From Catajapyx aquilonaris (Eukaryota), in contig JYFJ02002164.1 of the NCBI GenBank assembly GCA_000934665.2, forward strand, positions 1-61,841: a DNA stretch of 61,841 nucleotides. Direction: 5' to 3'. Every line of letters starts with the position of its first letter. Within the stretch, counting starts at the first letter, position 1. This document shows, in pieces, positions 24,601 to 38,200 of this stretch. A program made the translations under genes and the position numbers. Under the pieces are notes generated by a model. The model saw only the letters and a program-made list of their open reading frames with translations. It ran no database searches and had not been told where the DNA came from.

Positions 24601-26447
24601 TTCCGAACCCGTGTTCCGGACACTGACAGACAGAACAGCGAAGAAAACACGTTCATAAAAGTGAGAGTAGTTTTCCCCGAGGCGATATCATCATCCACAC
24701 CCGCGTGGGTGCAAACGGATTATTATGCACGCACCCTGCAACTGTCACTAATTATTATTCGGGAAATATTTAAATGCACTCAGGCCACAGCCCGATAATA
24801 CCACATTGCTTAGTCTTAAAATTAAATATGAATCGGAATAAGTTGGACCGTACCTTTCCATTGGCTCCAGAGGAGAGTGTCTGCATCACCTCGAGCATTG
24901 ACTGGGGGCTATATATGCAATAAATGATGCATACGTCACTGCCCTTGGAAGCTATTTAAATTGTTCACAAAAGGTACAGAATATACCTTTAATTCCTGGC
25001 GTACTGACTCGTTATCCTTGAACCGTACGGTATGGTTCATTCCTTATTTGATCTCACATTGTGTCACTCGAGCCTAAACCGCGTGTAAAAAATAGATAAC
25101 GAAATGAAAATGAAAGTAAGCTGTGTTTATCCATCTTGCAGCGAACATTTCTCTAAAGAAGCAGCATTGAATAAATGTAAATATCTGGCAGTTTAAACTG
25201 GTTTAAAAGGTATCGTAATTATCTTGAGAAGAAAAAATAATTTTACGATATATTATGTGTTCACTAAAATTTGAAGAATATTTGCAGAACTTGCAGAAAA
25301 AAACGCTTCTTGCCATACATACAAATACATATATTTTCAGGTGTCACTTCATCAGATGATTTTCTTAGTATATTCTGAAAATTACCATTGATTTATTCTT
25401 ATTTGGCCTAGAAAAGAAGCGCTGCTGAAGTCGAATAGCGAGCTCATAATTATTTCCTGGGTGTTATTCAACGAGTGGCAATAACACTTTGTGCGATCCA
25501 ACCTGAAGTAACTTATACTTATTATTGCAATGGGACATGCTACCAGGAACACTTGTTGAGCCTCTAACACGAAAAATCACATGAGGAGAGGCGGTCATTA
25601 TCTTACGCATAATTTGTTTCACATTCGTGGCGGTTGAATGTTTAATTTGTCTCATAATAATCAACCAGGAAATGCTCGCCCTTTTTTTGTGCGTAGCTAA
25701 TAATAAAGGAAGATTACTTTAGTCCCACTCGTAAACCAGCGTAATGAGTCTGTTTGTCATTCATACACAATGTTAAACATGTGTTTGTTATTAGCCCATG
25801 GGTAATTCTGCACTGGAAATGCAGCTTACTACCCATGGTCTTGTAATGATTGCGGAAATCAGGGAAATAAAAAATCAATGCCATTGAGCCCATAAAGCTC
25901 AGGGTAGTTCCCATCGCATCGACTTGAAAAGTTGAAACTATACGACTTGTGCGTGAAAGTCAAACTTTTGCTTTTTTCGAATCAATCAACCACATTACGC
26001 TTGCGAACAATCGAACAGCACAAGAATCGAACTGCAACAATCATTGACCACTTACCAGTTTCGCGCCTCGATATCTCTCATTCTCCCTCTCTGGTGGTGG
26101 TATGGCCCTGGAGCAGACCATCCTGATATATTTTTTTGAGTGAGAAGGGACCTATATGGGTTGGTAATAATGAGCAAAGAACGGATTTCTAAGTTTTTAC
26201 CTATACTGTTTATTTTGTAGGCAGAACACCGGAACCGGCACGGAACCAAAATATCCATCCGTTTCATAACACAAGGACCTCAAAAATCGTAGTTTTATGA
26301 AACCTAAAATCGCCTATTTCGGACGCTGGGACAGGTGACCTATTAGCCCCTATTTTCACCTTATGACGCCTTTTCGTAATATTTTCGGCAGTTTTTACGT
26401 GTTTTCCGTTCAAGTCATCCCTCCCGCTTCAACAATGTATTGCTTTC

Positions 26448-26480
26448 TATAAAAGGAGTGTACAATTCCATTGGGTTAGT
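26448..26480 (+). promoter_or_regulatory. TATA box plus arthropod-type initiator, likely core promoter of the clavesin gene
   Basis: TATAAAAG at 26448-26455 and TTAGT with its A at 26478, i.e. the canonical 30-nt spacing. Confidence 0.6.
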
Positions 26481-27056
26481 GGACCTGCTTCATTTATAGT
26501 CAGCACCGCACGTCCAAATCAGTGCTGAAATAATCCGTGGATGACTGTAATTTGCTTACCATCCGAGGGTTATTCTCACGAGGAAACCCCCATCCACTAC
26601 TAAGCAATTTGTAGTGTATTTCCGCGAAGCTCCAGTCGTTACCCTCCTTCAGCCTCCGGATGGTTTGAAGGTCGGCGCCACAACTTGGATTCAAAATGTC
26701 CGCCTCCTGTCCTCCATGCAGGTGCGCCACACTGGCGCCACCGACATTTACTTTCTCTTGTGGACTGCTGGCGCTCCCCACCCTCCTCGCCCCTCCTTGG
26801 CGCCAGTTGTCAGCCTGTGACGGGTCAATGCATGGAGACTAGGAACATATGTCAATAGCTTGTATTACACACATACAAAGGGCGAGCTCTCCCTGCCATC
26901 ACCCTGTCCATGGGCCACACGATGATACCTGTTGCCCTGCTGGCACCCCCAGGGAGGAAGTGATCAGGCAACTGCTGATGTGATATATTCATTTATGATA
27001 TTTATTCACGCTGTGTGCAACTAATCCAGCGGCTGCCTGCCTGCTGTTGATGAGTG

Positions 27057-28505
27057 ATGGCAGAGTATGCCCAGTACAACTGGCAGAGCTCCTTCTCGCC
27101 AAAGCACACTCCAACAGATGAGGACGGCATGGGAGAGGGGGGCCGGGTGGGCCGGGGAAAGAACCAGCAGCACGACCCAATGCAGAATGTGCAGGCCGTG
27201 CGTTCACTCATCCCTACCAGACCAGACGTCGGTATGATAAGTTGCCCACTGAACTTCTCAACTAAGAATTGCCCATTTTTACCACCAAATCTAAAAATCT
27301 GGTACAATCTGTATACACAATTCAAGTTTTCTTATGCAGGCTTTATCAGGACAGATGAAGAGTTCATCCTTCGCTTCCTCCATGCACGCAAGCACGATGT
27401 CGAGGAGAGTTTTGCCCTATATGCCAACTACTATTCGTACAGGCAGCGCAACAAGCCCCTTTTCACCCGGTTCAATATTCGAGAGACTGCAATTAGGCAT
27501 GCCCTTTGTGATGGATTCCCTGGGATTCTGCCTCAAAAGGATCACCATGGAAGGACTGTGCTGGTCTTCTTCACCTCAAACTGGGACCACAGCAAGTTAG
27601 AGACCCAGCTTTTTTCTTTAAAAAATTAGCAAAGATTCAGCAATAATTGTGATCCAACCGTTAACTATTGGTGGAAGTTAATCCACTTACAACTTTACAG
27701 GTATGACTTGGTAGCGATATATCGGGCCCTCCTGCTGTCCCTGGAGCAGCTGATTCGTGAGCCACAAGCCCAACTCCGTGGATTTGTTGTAATAGTTGAC
27801 TGGTCCGAGTTCTCCTTCAGGCAGAGCAGTCACCTGAGCCCATCAGTTCTGCGTCTTATGATTGAGGGCCTGCAGGATTGTTTCCCTGCCAGGTTTAAGG
27901 GGGTTCATTTTGTGGGACAGCCCTGGTATGTTGAGGCTGCCCTTGCACTCATACGAAGGTTCCTCAAAGACAAGACAAGGGCCAAGGTAGGAATTCGTTT
28001 AATTGCTGGCCCCTCTTAAATTTTGATGAGGCCTGCTATGTGAGAAGGCTCCTGCAATGCGGCACATAATGCACTGGCCATTTTAACAATTAAGAGTAGC
28101 CAATGAGCTAGCTCTAGGTTTTGTTGGCATTGCATATATGAACATCCTCTGATGAGAGAGAGAAATCCATGTGATATTTCTGTCTTAGATATTCCTTCAC
28201 GGCAACAACCTCAGCACCCTGCACTCCCATGTGACTCGCGACATCCTTCCTGCTGAACTGGGTGGGGAGGGTCCATCCTATCACAGCATGACTTGGGCAC
28301 AGCAGATGATTGATGCTGTAGAGAAAGAGACCAATGGCATTGGGCCTGGAGATGACGATCTCTCACCAGAGAAGGAAGACGATTATGGTGATTCTATGCT
28401 CAGGTAAACCTTAGAAAAAGCATGCTTCCTGTAACATAATCTGACAGCATATTTCTTTTCAGGAAATCAGAGACATTCCCAGCAACCTCATTCCAGGAAG
28501 GGTAG
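27057..28505 (+). CDS. CLVS: Clavesin (CRAL-TRIO/Sec14 domain)
   Basis: [30 protein letters not shown]...[30 protein letters not shown] and [12 protein letters not shown] closely follow vertebrate clavesin-1/2. Exons ~27057-27231, 27340-27595, 27701-27986, 28189-28403, 28463-28505. Confidence 0.88.
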
Positions 28506-29716
28506 ATCTGACCAGTATTCATGTGGTATTATGTATGTTTACATTAGGCAAGAGTTTTTAAAGGCATTGTTGTATACTTTCCTGCTTCGAAAAGTACAAA
28601 CACTTTTGTGATAATTTGTGCTACTATCTCTAAAATTGTCTTAGTTAATTTTTGTTCTTATTTAAAAAATTTGAAGTATTTATGTAGGCCTACATGTTGG
28701 AAACTATTGAAGACATGACACAAGTGAAACTTAACGTGGCTTTTATGACAATTACACACGTGCCTGCTTCAATAAGCTTTGCACAGCATTTCACAAGATA
28801 AGTAAATTAGTGTAGGTTTTGACCAGGAAATGCAATAGAATACAGGGAGAGTAGTTGCTAACTGATAAGTCATACAGGTTTTTTCTTAAGTACAAAAGAG
28901 AAAAGTACTGTATATTGCAGGACCATACACAACTGACAATCACAGAATTGCTTCATGGGCTTTTTGCCACTGGTGAACTTGCGGACCTGTAATTCAACTT
29001 GTTTGAAATGGCCTTGAAATGTCAACCAAAGTACTTGTGAATGTGTAAGATACCTGTGTATGTCCCTAGTTAGAAACCAAATGATTCATACCTTGCCCAT
29101 TGCTCACTAAGAATCTAACTTCATGCCTTCCTTAAGGAGGTACGAAATAAAACGTATAATAAGTTCCCTAACCTGTAATTTTGTGACGGCAAAAAAAAAA
29201 AAAAATGCACGAATAATGACAATAGTTACTTCCTAGTTAGTACTGTATCTTGTTGAATAAGAAATTGTGAAATTCTACTGTGCATGACTTGTAAACCAAA
29301 TGGACAGCAGGGATAAGTCAAGATACGTTACCTCTCAGCCTTTTTCTAAGTTGGACTCATAGCTAGTAGTTTGTATTTATGATCAATGTGTGGACAGCTG
29401 ACTGTCTAGTCATGAAGAATTTGCAGAAAAAATAAATGCTTTTTAACATGTTTAATTTTTAGCATTGTCTCCGACAATCCATCCACTTATGCATAATCCT
29501 TATTGTCACTTGTTTCAAAAATCTCTCTCAACACATCACTTCCACATAAACATAAATAATACATTAAAACAGGAACTCACAATTATTGCATAACTTGGGG
29601 GAAATTTTTTTCTTTCCCAAGGCACTCTTTGCACTTTGCATCTCAGACAAAAAAACAACAAAGGAATGTTACGATTGCATTTTGATCTGCCTCTTCCTTT
29701 TTTAAAAAAAAAATAC

Positions 29717-31884
29717 CTAGAGCAGGTCATAGAAGAAATCTAAGCCTTGCCCCAGCTCCCATATTGCAAGGCCAGTTCCCAACTCTTGGGCCAGCTCAAT
29801 TCTCTTCTGGATGGAGTACAAAGTTGGGTAGTAAATAGTGTGCTTCGCACTCTTGGTTCTGGAAACAAATTTTAGCATCAACAACAATTCAAACAGAAAA
29901 CGTGAGTCTAGTTGTGATAATTACCTCAACTCAAAGTGATGCTCTGCGGATTCATTGACATAGTGCATCTTCCCCTTGAACTTTTGTAAGAAATCAAGGT
30001 ATTCCTTGGCCAAAATGGGATGTCCTCCTGTGGCAGTGTAGTCATACCCATAGAAATTCAAGCCCATCAGGATTTTGGCTCGCTCTGGACTGTCAGGATC
30101 GGGAGCAAGAGTTTCGATGCACTGGCGCACCCAGTACAGTGGACTGTTTGGACCTGCCCAAATTTTAAAATTCAAAATACAGGACATGCTGTATGATTTA
30201 GCAAGTGGTGCAATGGTGCCACAAGATGTTATGCAACATCTCACACCTGTGCTATTTGAGACAACTTCTCAATATTTACAGACTTGTATAATTTTTAACA
30301 GAGAAAACTTTGCTCTCATTGTGCACTCCATGTTCTTGACTCAAAGAAGCAGTTGGTCCAAAAATGCTAACCTGGTCTGGCTGGACTGGAGTAGTCATAT
30401 GACATGAGTGAAAATGCATCCACATCTGCAGCCATGGCAGCTACATCTTCCACTCCAATCATTCCTGTGATACCCCTGATTAAATAGAAACAACAGAAAA
30501 GAATCACATTCACAAATTCCTCTTGATGTGTGCGTCTTGTTTAACGATCCTTGCTGTGTTTTCCCAACCCTGCATTGTTTCCATGTTGCTTAAGTAGATG
30601 GAAATATGAACTGATGACATCTTACCCTGCCAGTAGCGGAGGTGGAATTACTGCAATGAATTGAAAGTTAGCTCCTTGCAACGTCTTAGCTATGGCAGAA
30701 AACAACAAACGAAGGGCAGGACGAGCTTTTCCACCCAGCTGACTCCATGTTTCCAAAACTATTCCATCAAACTTATATGTCTGTGAAGAAAATTATATAT
30801 TTTAAGTAGGTTAAATCTTCGTGCAATTCAAATGTGATTCCTCACTCTAACGGTGTCTAGGATGGCTTTACACAAATCCCCAGGTTCAGATGGGTTTGTG
30901 AAGAGCGCATAATAATCATCACTGCTCCAGCCATCAAAGAGAACCCTAGGAACAACTGAGAAGATTACACTGATCAGTGCTTGTTCAATAGCACTTACAT
31001 AAACCTTTTCAGTATATGAAAAAGGAGCTGTTTGGGAGTTTCTGGCCAATAATACAGTATTTTCTTGTTAAAGGAGTAGGTACAAAAATCCAAAATCTGT
31101 GTGATATTTGAACACCACACATCATCCAACATAACCTGAGACTTCCTCCCTAATTTGAGTTGATACAACCAGCTCATAACTTTAGATTGCATATGACTAC
31201 ACTTTGCACAATTGAACCTTGTGGCAATAATTGTCTTGTGGTATTAATACCACTGCCTAAATGTATTGCAAATTTAGAGATGCTCACTCTTCACGTTGGC
31301 TGTCTTCCCAGCTTTCTTCACTTCCTTCAGCCATTTCTTGTCCACATCATGAGTTCCAGTGACAAAATAAGAGCCTTCTTTACTGCGTTTAACTTGTAGC
31401 CATACCGGTGAAATGTGCGTAAACTTGCCCCCAAACAACTTGGCTATATCATATCCCCGATTATTCCACTGGAAACAGAAAAAAGTGTCACAACATTATT
31501 GCAGCACATTTTCAAGCAAATATCTTTACCGGTGTGACATATCCCAGAACAACAGCATCAATATGCCTCTGCTTGGTATTCTTGTAGTAGGAAGCATGGT
31601 TTCCAATTATGTCTGGTGGTTTAGCTGTATCTGTGACCAGGTTTCGATCCTTCACATGCTTATTTACAGATCCACTTATCTCCTGCCATGTAAAACAGAC
31701 AATATGTAAACAACCAGAAAGCTGCAAAACAGGTGGTCATCACACTACAGCAGACCTTGACTTTGTCTTTGCCTCCCCTCCTGTCACTCTGGGAGAATGT
31801 GGTCCCCTGAGCCAAAGTGGCAAAGCATGACAGCAGGCAGGCGACCAGCAGGACATCGGCGACGCCCGCACTCTGACCCCACAT
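29717..31884 (-). CDS. CHID1: Chitinase domain-containing protein 1 (SI-CLP)
   Basis: Signal peptide then [66 protein letters not shown] and terminal [14 protein letters not shown]. Confidence 0.93.
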
Positions 31885-34800
31885 AGCTGGCGGGGTGCTC
31901 CTCCAGAAAAGAGGAGGACGGACAAGAATGGAACACGATGACACGTCCTTCCTACCACGCCGAAACACCCACTGACAGCACCATCTTGCACAGCAGGAGT
32001 GCCAATCGGACACAGGCATCCGCAGGGAAGGGAAGAAAGGATGGGTAACAGCTACTTACAACGAATAAGGCCATATCGGGCAGGGTCATCAAAATCCCTG
32101 ATTGCGGGTGACAGCCACCTGTGGAAAATGTATTCCACGACAGTCACAAGATGTCACAAGGAAGGACAAGGGCGATCAGAAGCCACATTTGACAGAAACT
32201 GAGAATAGATCATGACGTCAGCAGCTATTTTCATACCCATTGGAAGTAACCGCTACGTAGTGGGCATCTCGATCAATGCTATCAAGGTTGCCAATGTGAG
32301 ATTAGCACAGTCTTACGAAGCTTACAATACAGTACTGTAATTTCTACTTGTGTTTGGGCAGTGCTAAAGCAAGTGATTGGTCCAAGATTTTCCATGGTAG
32401 TGTCTCAAGTACGTAACACATATTCAGAGATGTTCTAAACATGTTGTAAAAAGTGCAGTTGCAAATTACATTTGCATACCGACGTAAAGAAAGCCATAAA
32501 GGTACAGTACTACTACGTTAGACTACGACGACGACCGCTCACAGGATAGTTTTCTGGATTTCCAGGACACCTGTATAACATAACTCTTCTGCATTGTATG
32601 CCCTATCACGCCAATAGAACAGTTGCATCTAACATGTCAACAGGACTCCTATACGTATCACCTTTATTCACAAGTTAGCTGGATCTGTGGGATGATTGAG
32701 GCTCTGAAATTTCCAGGTACAATTAATAAATTCAATGTGTAAATATACTCTTTATTCAATAATTAGGAAATCTTCTAAATTATGCATTTTATGGGAGTTC
32801 TATTACTCATATGTGGAGGTAATAATTACTGTACTGCAGGAATGGTATTTCTTAAAATGTAATACAAGCATGCATATGGTATTATTGGTTCCTTCCTTAT
32901 ATGGCAGCTTCAAGATTTTCTTCAAGACATGGTGAAAATACAGTTGCATAAATGAGCCAAACTTGTTAAATATAATATTATGGCACTGGTCACCACAACA
33001 AAACAGCAGCATTATTACAAAATTACCGAAAAAGCTCAGGTATGACAAATGTTACGAGTTCAAAGAAAACTGGATATATAAAAACATATGCCTAGTTGTA
33101 CACTGCAAAATGTAAAATCGCTTTAATGACTACGGTTATTGTCCACTTGTAAAATTGAGACTTACTCTCAATAGTTGGAATCCCTGCCAATAGGAAAAGG
33201 AATCATTGCACTGCATGACATACAACATTATGCTTAATCATTACTTTAACAGACAAGTAGAATACGGAAGGCCAGTGTAAATGCAAAAGCACCAAATACT
33301 CTTTTATCACAATTATAGGATTCCAAACTTTTACGAAAAAAGAACTGGAAGAAGCTTCCTTCATTAGCACCATGCTACATTACTTTTTTCCTCTGTTTTG
33401 ATCTATTTTCTTGAAAAAATACACATTAATAATTAAAATTGAAAATGTATGTTCAAAACATTTGGTGCCCTAAACAATTTTAGGGGTAAACCTTGGCATT
33501 AGAAAGGTGCCCATTGGTCATTACACACCCTATATCTAAAGACAATGTGTCCTTGATTTGTCACTTTGAAGTACTGCAATTCTTGCCGTTGTTTGAAAAT
33601 CCTATCTATAATTAACACTTTTTTTTGTCACTTTTCTCTAAAAAAATGGTACATCTATAAATTCCAGCTTCACAAAATCCTTCACCACATAAATAGGACT
33701 TGCACACATTTTCTGCTCAAGATGTACTGCACCACTTCCCTAAAAAACTTCATAACAGTTACAACTGCAACATAAACAAATAAATAAATTCACCTGATAA
33801 GTGCATGACTTCACTGCACTTCACTAGTTGAGCCACAATTTTTTCCCCAATCATTTTACAAGTCCATTTGCCTCCTTCTCAGTCTTATGTACACTACTCA
33901 CAACTCAGATTTATTATGCTATGGATCAGCAATAGGCAATAACGATACCCCAAAATATACGAGTCGTTTAAAAAATGCACTTAAGGCAAGTACTACTGGT
34001 TTCCCTCCAAATACAATGTTTCGCAGATATCCTAGAGGCTAACTGGTGAAACATTTCTCAACTTGTAATGGTCACTACAAATTTGGTGAGTCAGTCACCC
34101 CATACTCTTCGTGTAGTACATCACAGAGGCAGTAACTTGCAAATACACCATCCTACCAGTAGAGAAATAGCTTCAAACAGCAAGCTAACTTGAAATAAGG
34201 CCAGATGTACAGTACTTAACATACTTACATGTAAACTTTGGTATAGAGTTTTTACGTAACAAGCCAATAAAAAAATATCATGAAATAAAATTGAATAAAA
34301 CATGGGGATGTAAATAAACGTGACGCACATTACGTCTTTGTGAAGTGAAGGATTGCCATGTTGTGAGATATGATTCTCATATCGATATGCAGAGTGGAGA
34401 CTTCGATGCCAACTGGAGTGAGGTAGTAAATAAAGCATTGCAAAGGGAGGTCGAGGTGTGAGAATTTGGTACTGCAAATGGTTTCATGTTAAAAAGGCAT
34501 AACCTAGCTCACATAAAGTTGGTCATGGTTTTGCGGGTGTTAAGTGAGAAGATCCATGTCCATGCAGTGCCAGGAGCACTTCATACTGGAGAGAGGGTGA
34601 TTTTCGTATCTGTCACTGATCCAACACTTGCCAAAAAGGTCAAAATCATTCTTTTACTGGTATATTTGGCAAAGAGACGGTAAGAGAAAATTATGGATTT
34701 CGTAATTCAAGGATGAGTTAATTTCACAACTTGTGGATAGGTTCATTAATCAGTATGCCGCAGTGTGGATTATAAGCATAATTATGGAAAGCAGACAATT

Positions 34801-35282
34801 TTGTCGATTTGTTGCAAAATGGCGATTTGGCTGTAACATACTGTACTTTTTTCTGTGGTCCCTTGAAGTCTGTTATATCCGGATTCAACTGTAGTACTTT
34901 GCCTTCCCATACTAACGAATCAGCCAATACCCCCAAACAGATTGGTCAGACATGTCAGCAGAATCCACAGAGGTCCGTGGTCTTTAAACAGTTCTCTAAC
35001 ATACACACAGTATTGACCTCTTCCAGTATTTGGGGACAGCCCTACTCATAATTTTAGAGCAAGAAATGACAGTTGAATTCCATGGCAATCTTATATGAAG
35101 TTCCATCCCTTCCCAGATCACTCCCACAAAAAGCATGTCAACTCATAGCAAGCCCACCTGCAGAGTGAAACTTCCACAAGCCAAACTGCTCACAAATGCA
35201 GAGTAAACTCCCCCAATCCAAACTTACTGAGATGGATGGGTCTGCTTAAGGTGCAGTTTGGATAGCGGAAGTTTGGCTTCAC

Positions 35283-38200
35283 CTAGAGAAACTCTAACCC
35301 AACCACTTTGCTCTCACTGTGCTTTCTCTCCCTCTCATGTTCAGATGATGAACTGTTTGGCACCTTCTCTGTCAATAAGTCTGTCCCTGCTTCTGCTCCT
35401 GGTGGTGCCTTGGGTGCTCTCCTCTTCTTTCCTCCTTTGTTCACCTGGGCGTACACCACTTGAGAACTAGGTGGTGGGCTGTCCACATATGGAGGTGGAG
35501 GAGGTGGTGGGGGCTCTTCCGAAATAGTCTCATAACCACCCATGGAGTTGCAATCATCTCCATCCACATGTTTAACTCGCTCGTATCCTGGAAGTGTCTC
35601 AGAATCACCTGAGTCAGGGAGTCGCTCATATGGCGGATACTCAGAGTCAAGTACACTCTCATAATTGGGTTCTTCTTCCTCATACCTGAACTGTGATTGT
35701 AATGTCTCATATGTAGGATCCTCAAGTGTTGCCAAGCCCACTTCCTCATAGCCTGCATCCTCTTCCTGATGTACTGACTCATACCCAGGTTCACTCTCAT
35801 TGTCACCCTGAGATACTCCATCCTGCAGTGTCTCATAACCTGGATCTACATACTTCTTGGCTCGTGGTTCATACTCAGGGCCAGATGGAACTGTTTCGTA
35901 TGGGTCAAACTTACCACCAGGTGGACCTGACTCATATTGGTAATTTTTCCCACTAGACAATGATTCATATGGGTCATATTTTTTCCCACTGCCAGCTGAT
36001 GACGACGCATCATATACATCATGCTTCTTGCTGCTAACTGAAGATGAGTCGTGGGAATCATACTTCACACCTGGTGTTGTAGGTGGTGGGTCTCTCACCA
36101 CCTCAAACTCTGAAAAATTAATCTCGGTCTTTGATCGGCGGCGCTCCTCCCACACATGTTTCCCTCCTCCATTTAACTCTAGCCAAGACGGACCAGGCTC
36201 AGGTGCATTAGAGTCACGGGTCAACTGAAGGCTCTTCTTCTTGGTCACTTTAGCATACATGTCCTCAATGCTTTTAGGAGCAGGAACTTCCAGTGATGGA
36301 CACTGTCCTGATTTTTTGGCTGAGGTATTAACACTAGCATACACATCACTTCCACCTTCACTGGTACTGCTGCTGCTACTGCTTGAGGGTGCCAGCACAG
36401 GTGTCAGTTGCCAATTAGACACTCGCTTCTCAGGCTTTGGCGATGCTACAGAGCTGGATGATGAAGCTGCAATAAAATAAAATAATCATTATTGAAGCTG
36501 CAAAGATCAATTCTTAACTATTCAATAGTCAGACTAAACATGTCGCAGCGTGAGAATTACAAGGTTGTAACTGCAATGAAAATCCTTTGTAATTACAACC
36601 TTGTCATTCTCACCCCGTGATGTATTACTGCATCCCAAAAGTAAGTACTGTTTAGCTGTAAAAATTTGACCTTGTCTGGAGTGCGCCTGAGCCACATGCT
36701 TAAGGCTGTCAACACTTGGTGGTGCTGGCGGGGTCTCATATTCATCGGTGGCAGGGTCAATCTGCATGTACACTTCGCTGTTGGTTGTGTAGGTACTGTT
36801 AGGATCCTCTATGGCAGCATACATCTCCTCAGAATCGTCAGAAACTGTGGCATAGTGGGGGTCAGACACCTCTGAAGGGAACTTGGCATGCTGAACTGCT
36901 GCTGCCCTTGCTTTCAGGGTTGCCAGAGGTTCTCTGACACTTATGCTGGTGTAACCCTCTGAAAGAATTTCATGTTGTAACATGTTAAAAATCTCTGATT
37001 ACCATGCTGTGAATATGTATGCTGAACCAGAGATTTTTCCTTCATCTCACACACTCACTTGAGTCCTGAGAGTCTCCACTGAAATGAATCTGTGGTGGTT
37101 GACCCCTTGAACTGCTACCTTCCCTGCCTTCTCTGGTGGTTGACTCCCTGCGTTGCCGCTGCCCACCACCTCTCTCCTCATTCACATGCTGCCCTCCCCT
37201 GCCTCCGTCCGCTGCATCCCTTGCCTGCTGCTGCAGTACTAATAGGGGAGGGGTCATGTAAGGTAGCTCTGGATTGGCAGGTAGTCTCCCTGCAATGGCA
37301 CTGGCAGCCAGGATGACCCCGCTGCCTGGAGTAGGGGTCCCTTCTCTCTCCTCTTGATTTGATGGGGATGGAGAGGAAATGCGCATAGGAGAAGGAGAAC
37401 CAGAAGAAGCAGGGGATGGTTTATGGGGAGGTATGACAGAAGGGTGAGAGGAGCGTTGCAGGGCTCCCCTCGGGGGAGGAGAGGGATGAGGTGGGTCCAG
37501 TTGGCTCGTAGAAGGGCTTGGAAGACTCTCACCCCTGCAATATTTTAAAATGTGACAATACACTTCACACAATCTTCGACGGCTTCAAGAACTGCTGGGT
37601 GTATGTGAAATATAAAAATATCTCTCTGCTAGATCAGCAGCAGGCAACACTTTTAAAATCTGAACCACAGCATAAATTTTGCACTGGCTTGGTATGCTTG
37701 GGGGGAGGTCACCATCGCCTTGTTTCCCTGCCTCCCCTGCGATATTGGCAACCTCTAAATGCCAGATCACATTGTACTCGCCGGATCTTCAAAACTCCGC
37801 AAGGTCATCTCTGTATGTGTTACCGATTTTAAATTTAAAAATATGCGCAATGACTTATGAAACAACCCACGTAAATTTCGTTCCAATATATCGATTACTC
37901 TGGTTTGCTCTTAAGAACAACCTTAAAAAGTGGCACAATCTCACCCCGTTTGACAGCGTGTCTTTTCACATGGATTCATTATCCATTGTCAACACAGTAT
38001 TACATGGTCATGTTAAATATGGAAACTACAGAGATGACAAATATTAAAGCTAGAAAGAGAGATAATAACCCTAATAAACAGTATTAACTACTGCTACATC
38101 CTTAGCTGGAAAACACCCAACTGATTATGAGTCTACATACCTATTTCTAACAGGTCGGATGTGGGGCACATCATAATTGTCTGTGTCAGTCTCATCTGCA

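Noticed and set aside
24357..24698. Upstream ORF in frame with the SDR gene across a single TAG (possible readthrough extension)
   Set aside because: The ORF lacks convincing protein character, the stop context is not a known readthrough signal, and a suitable ATG exists at 21645; more likely 5' UTR.
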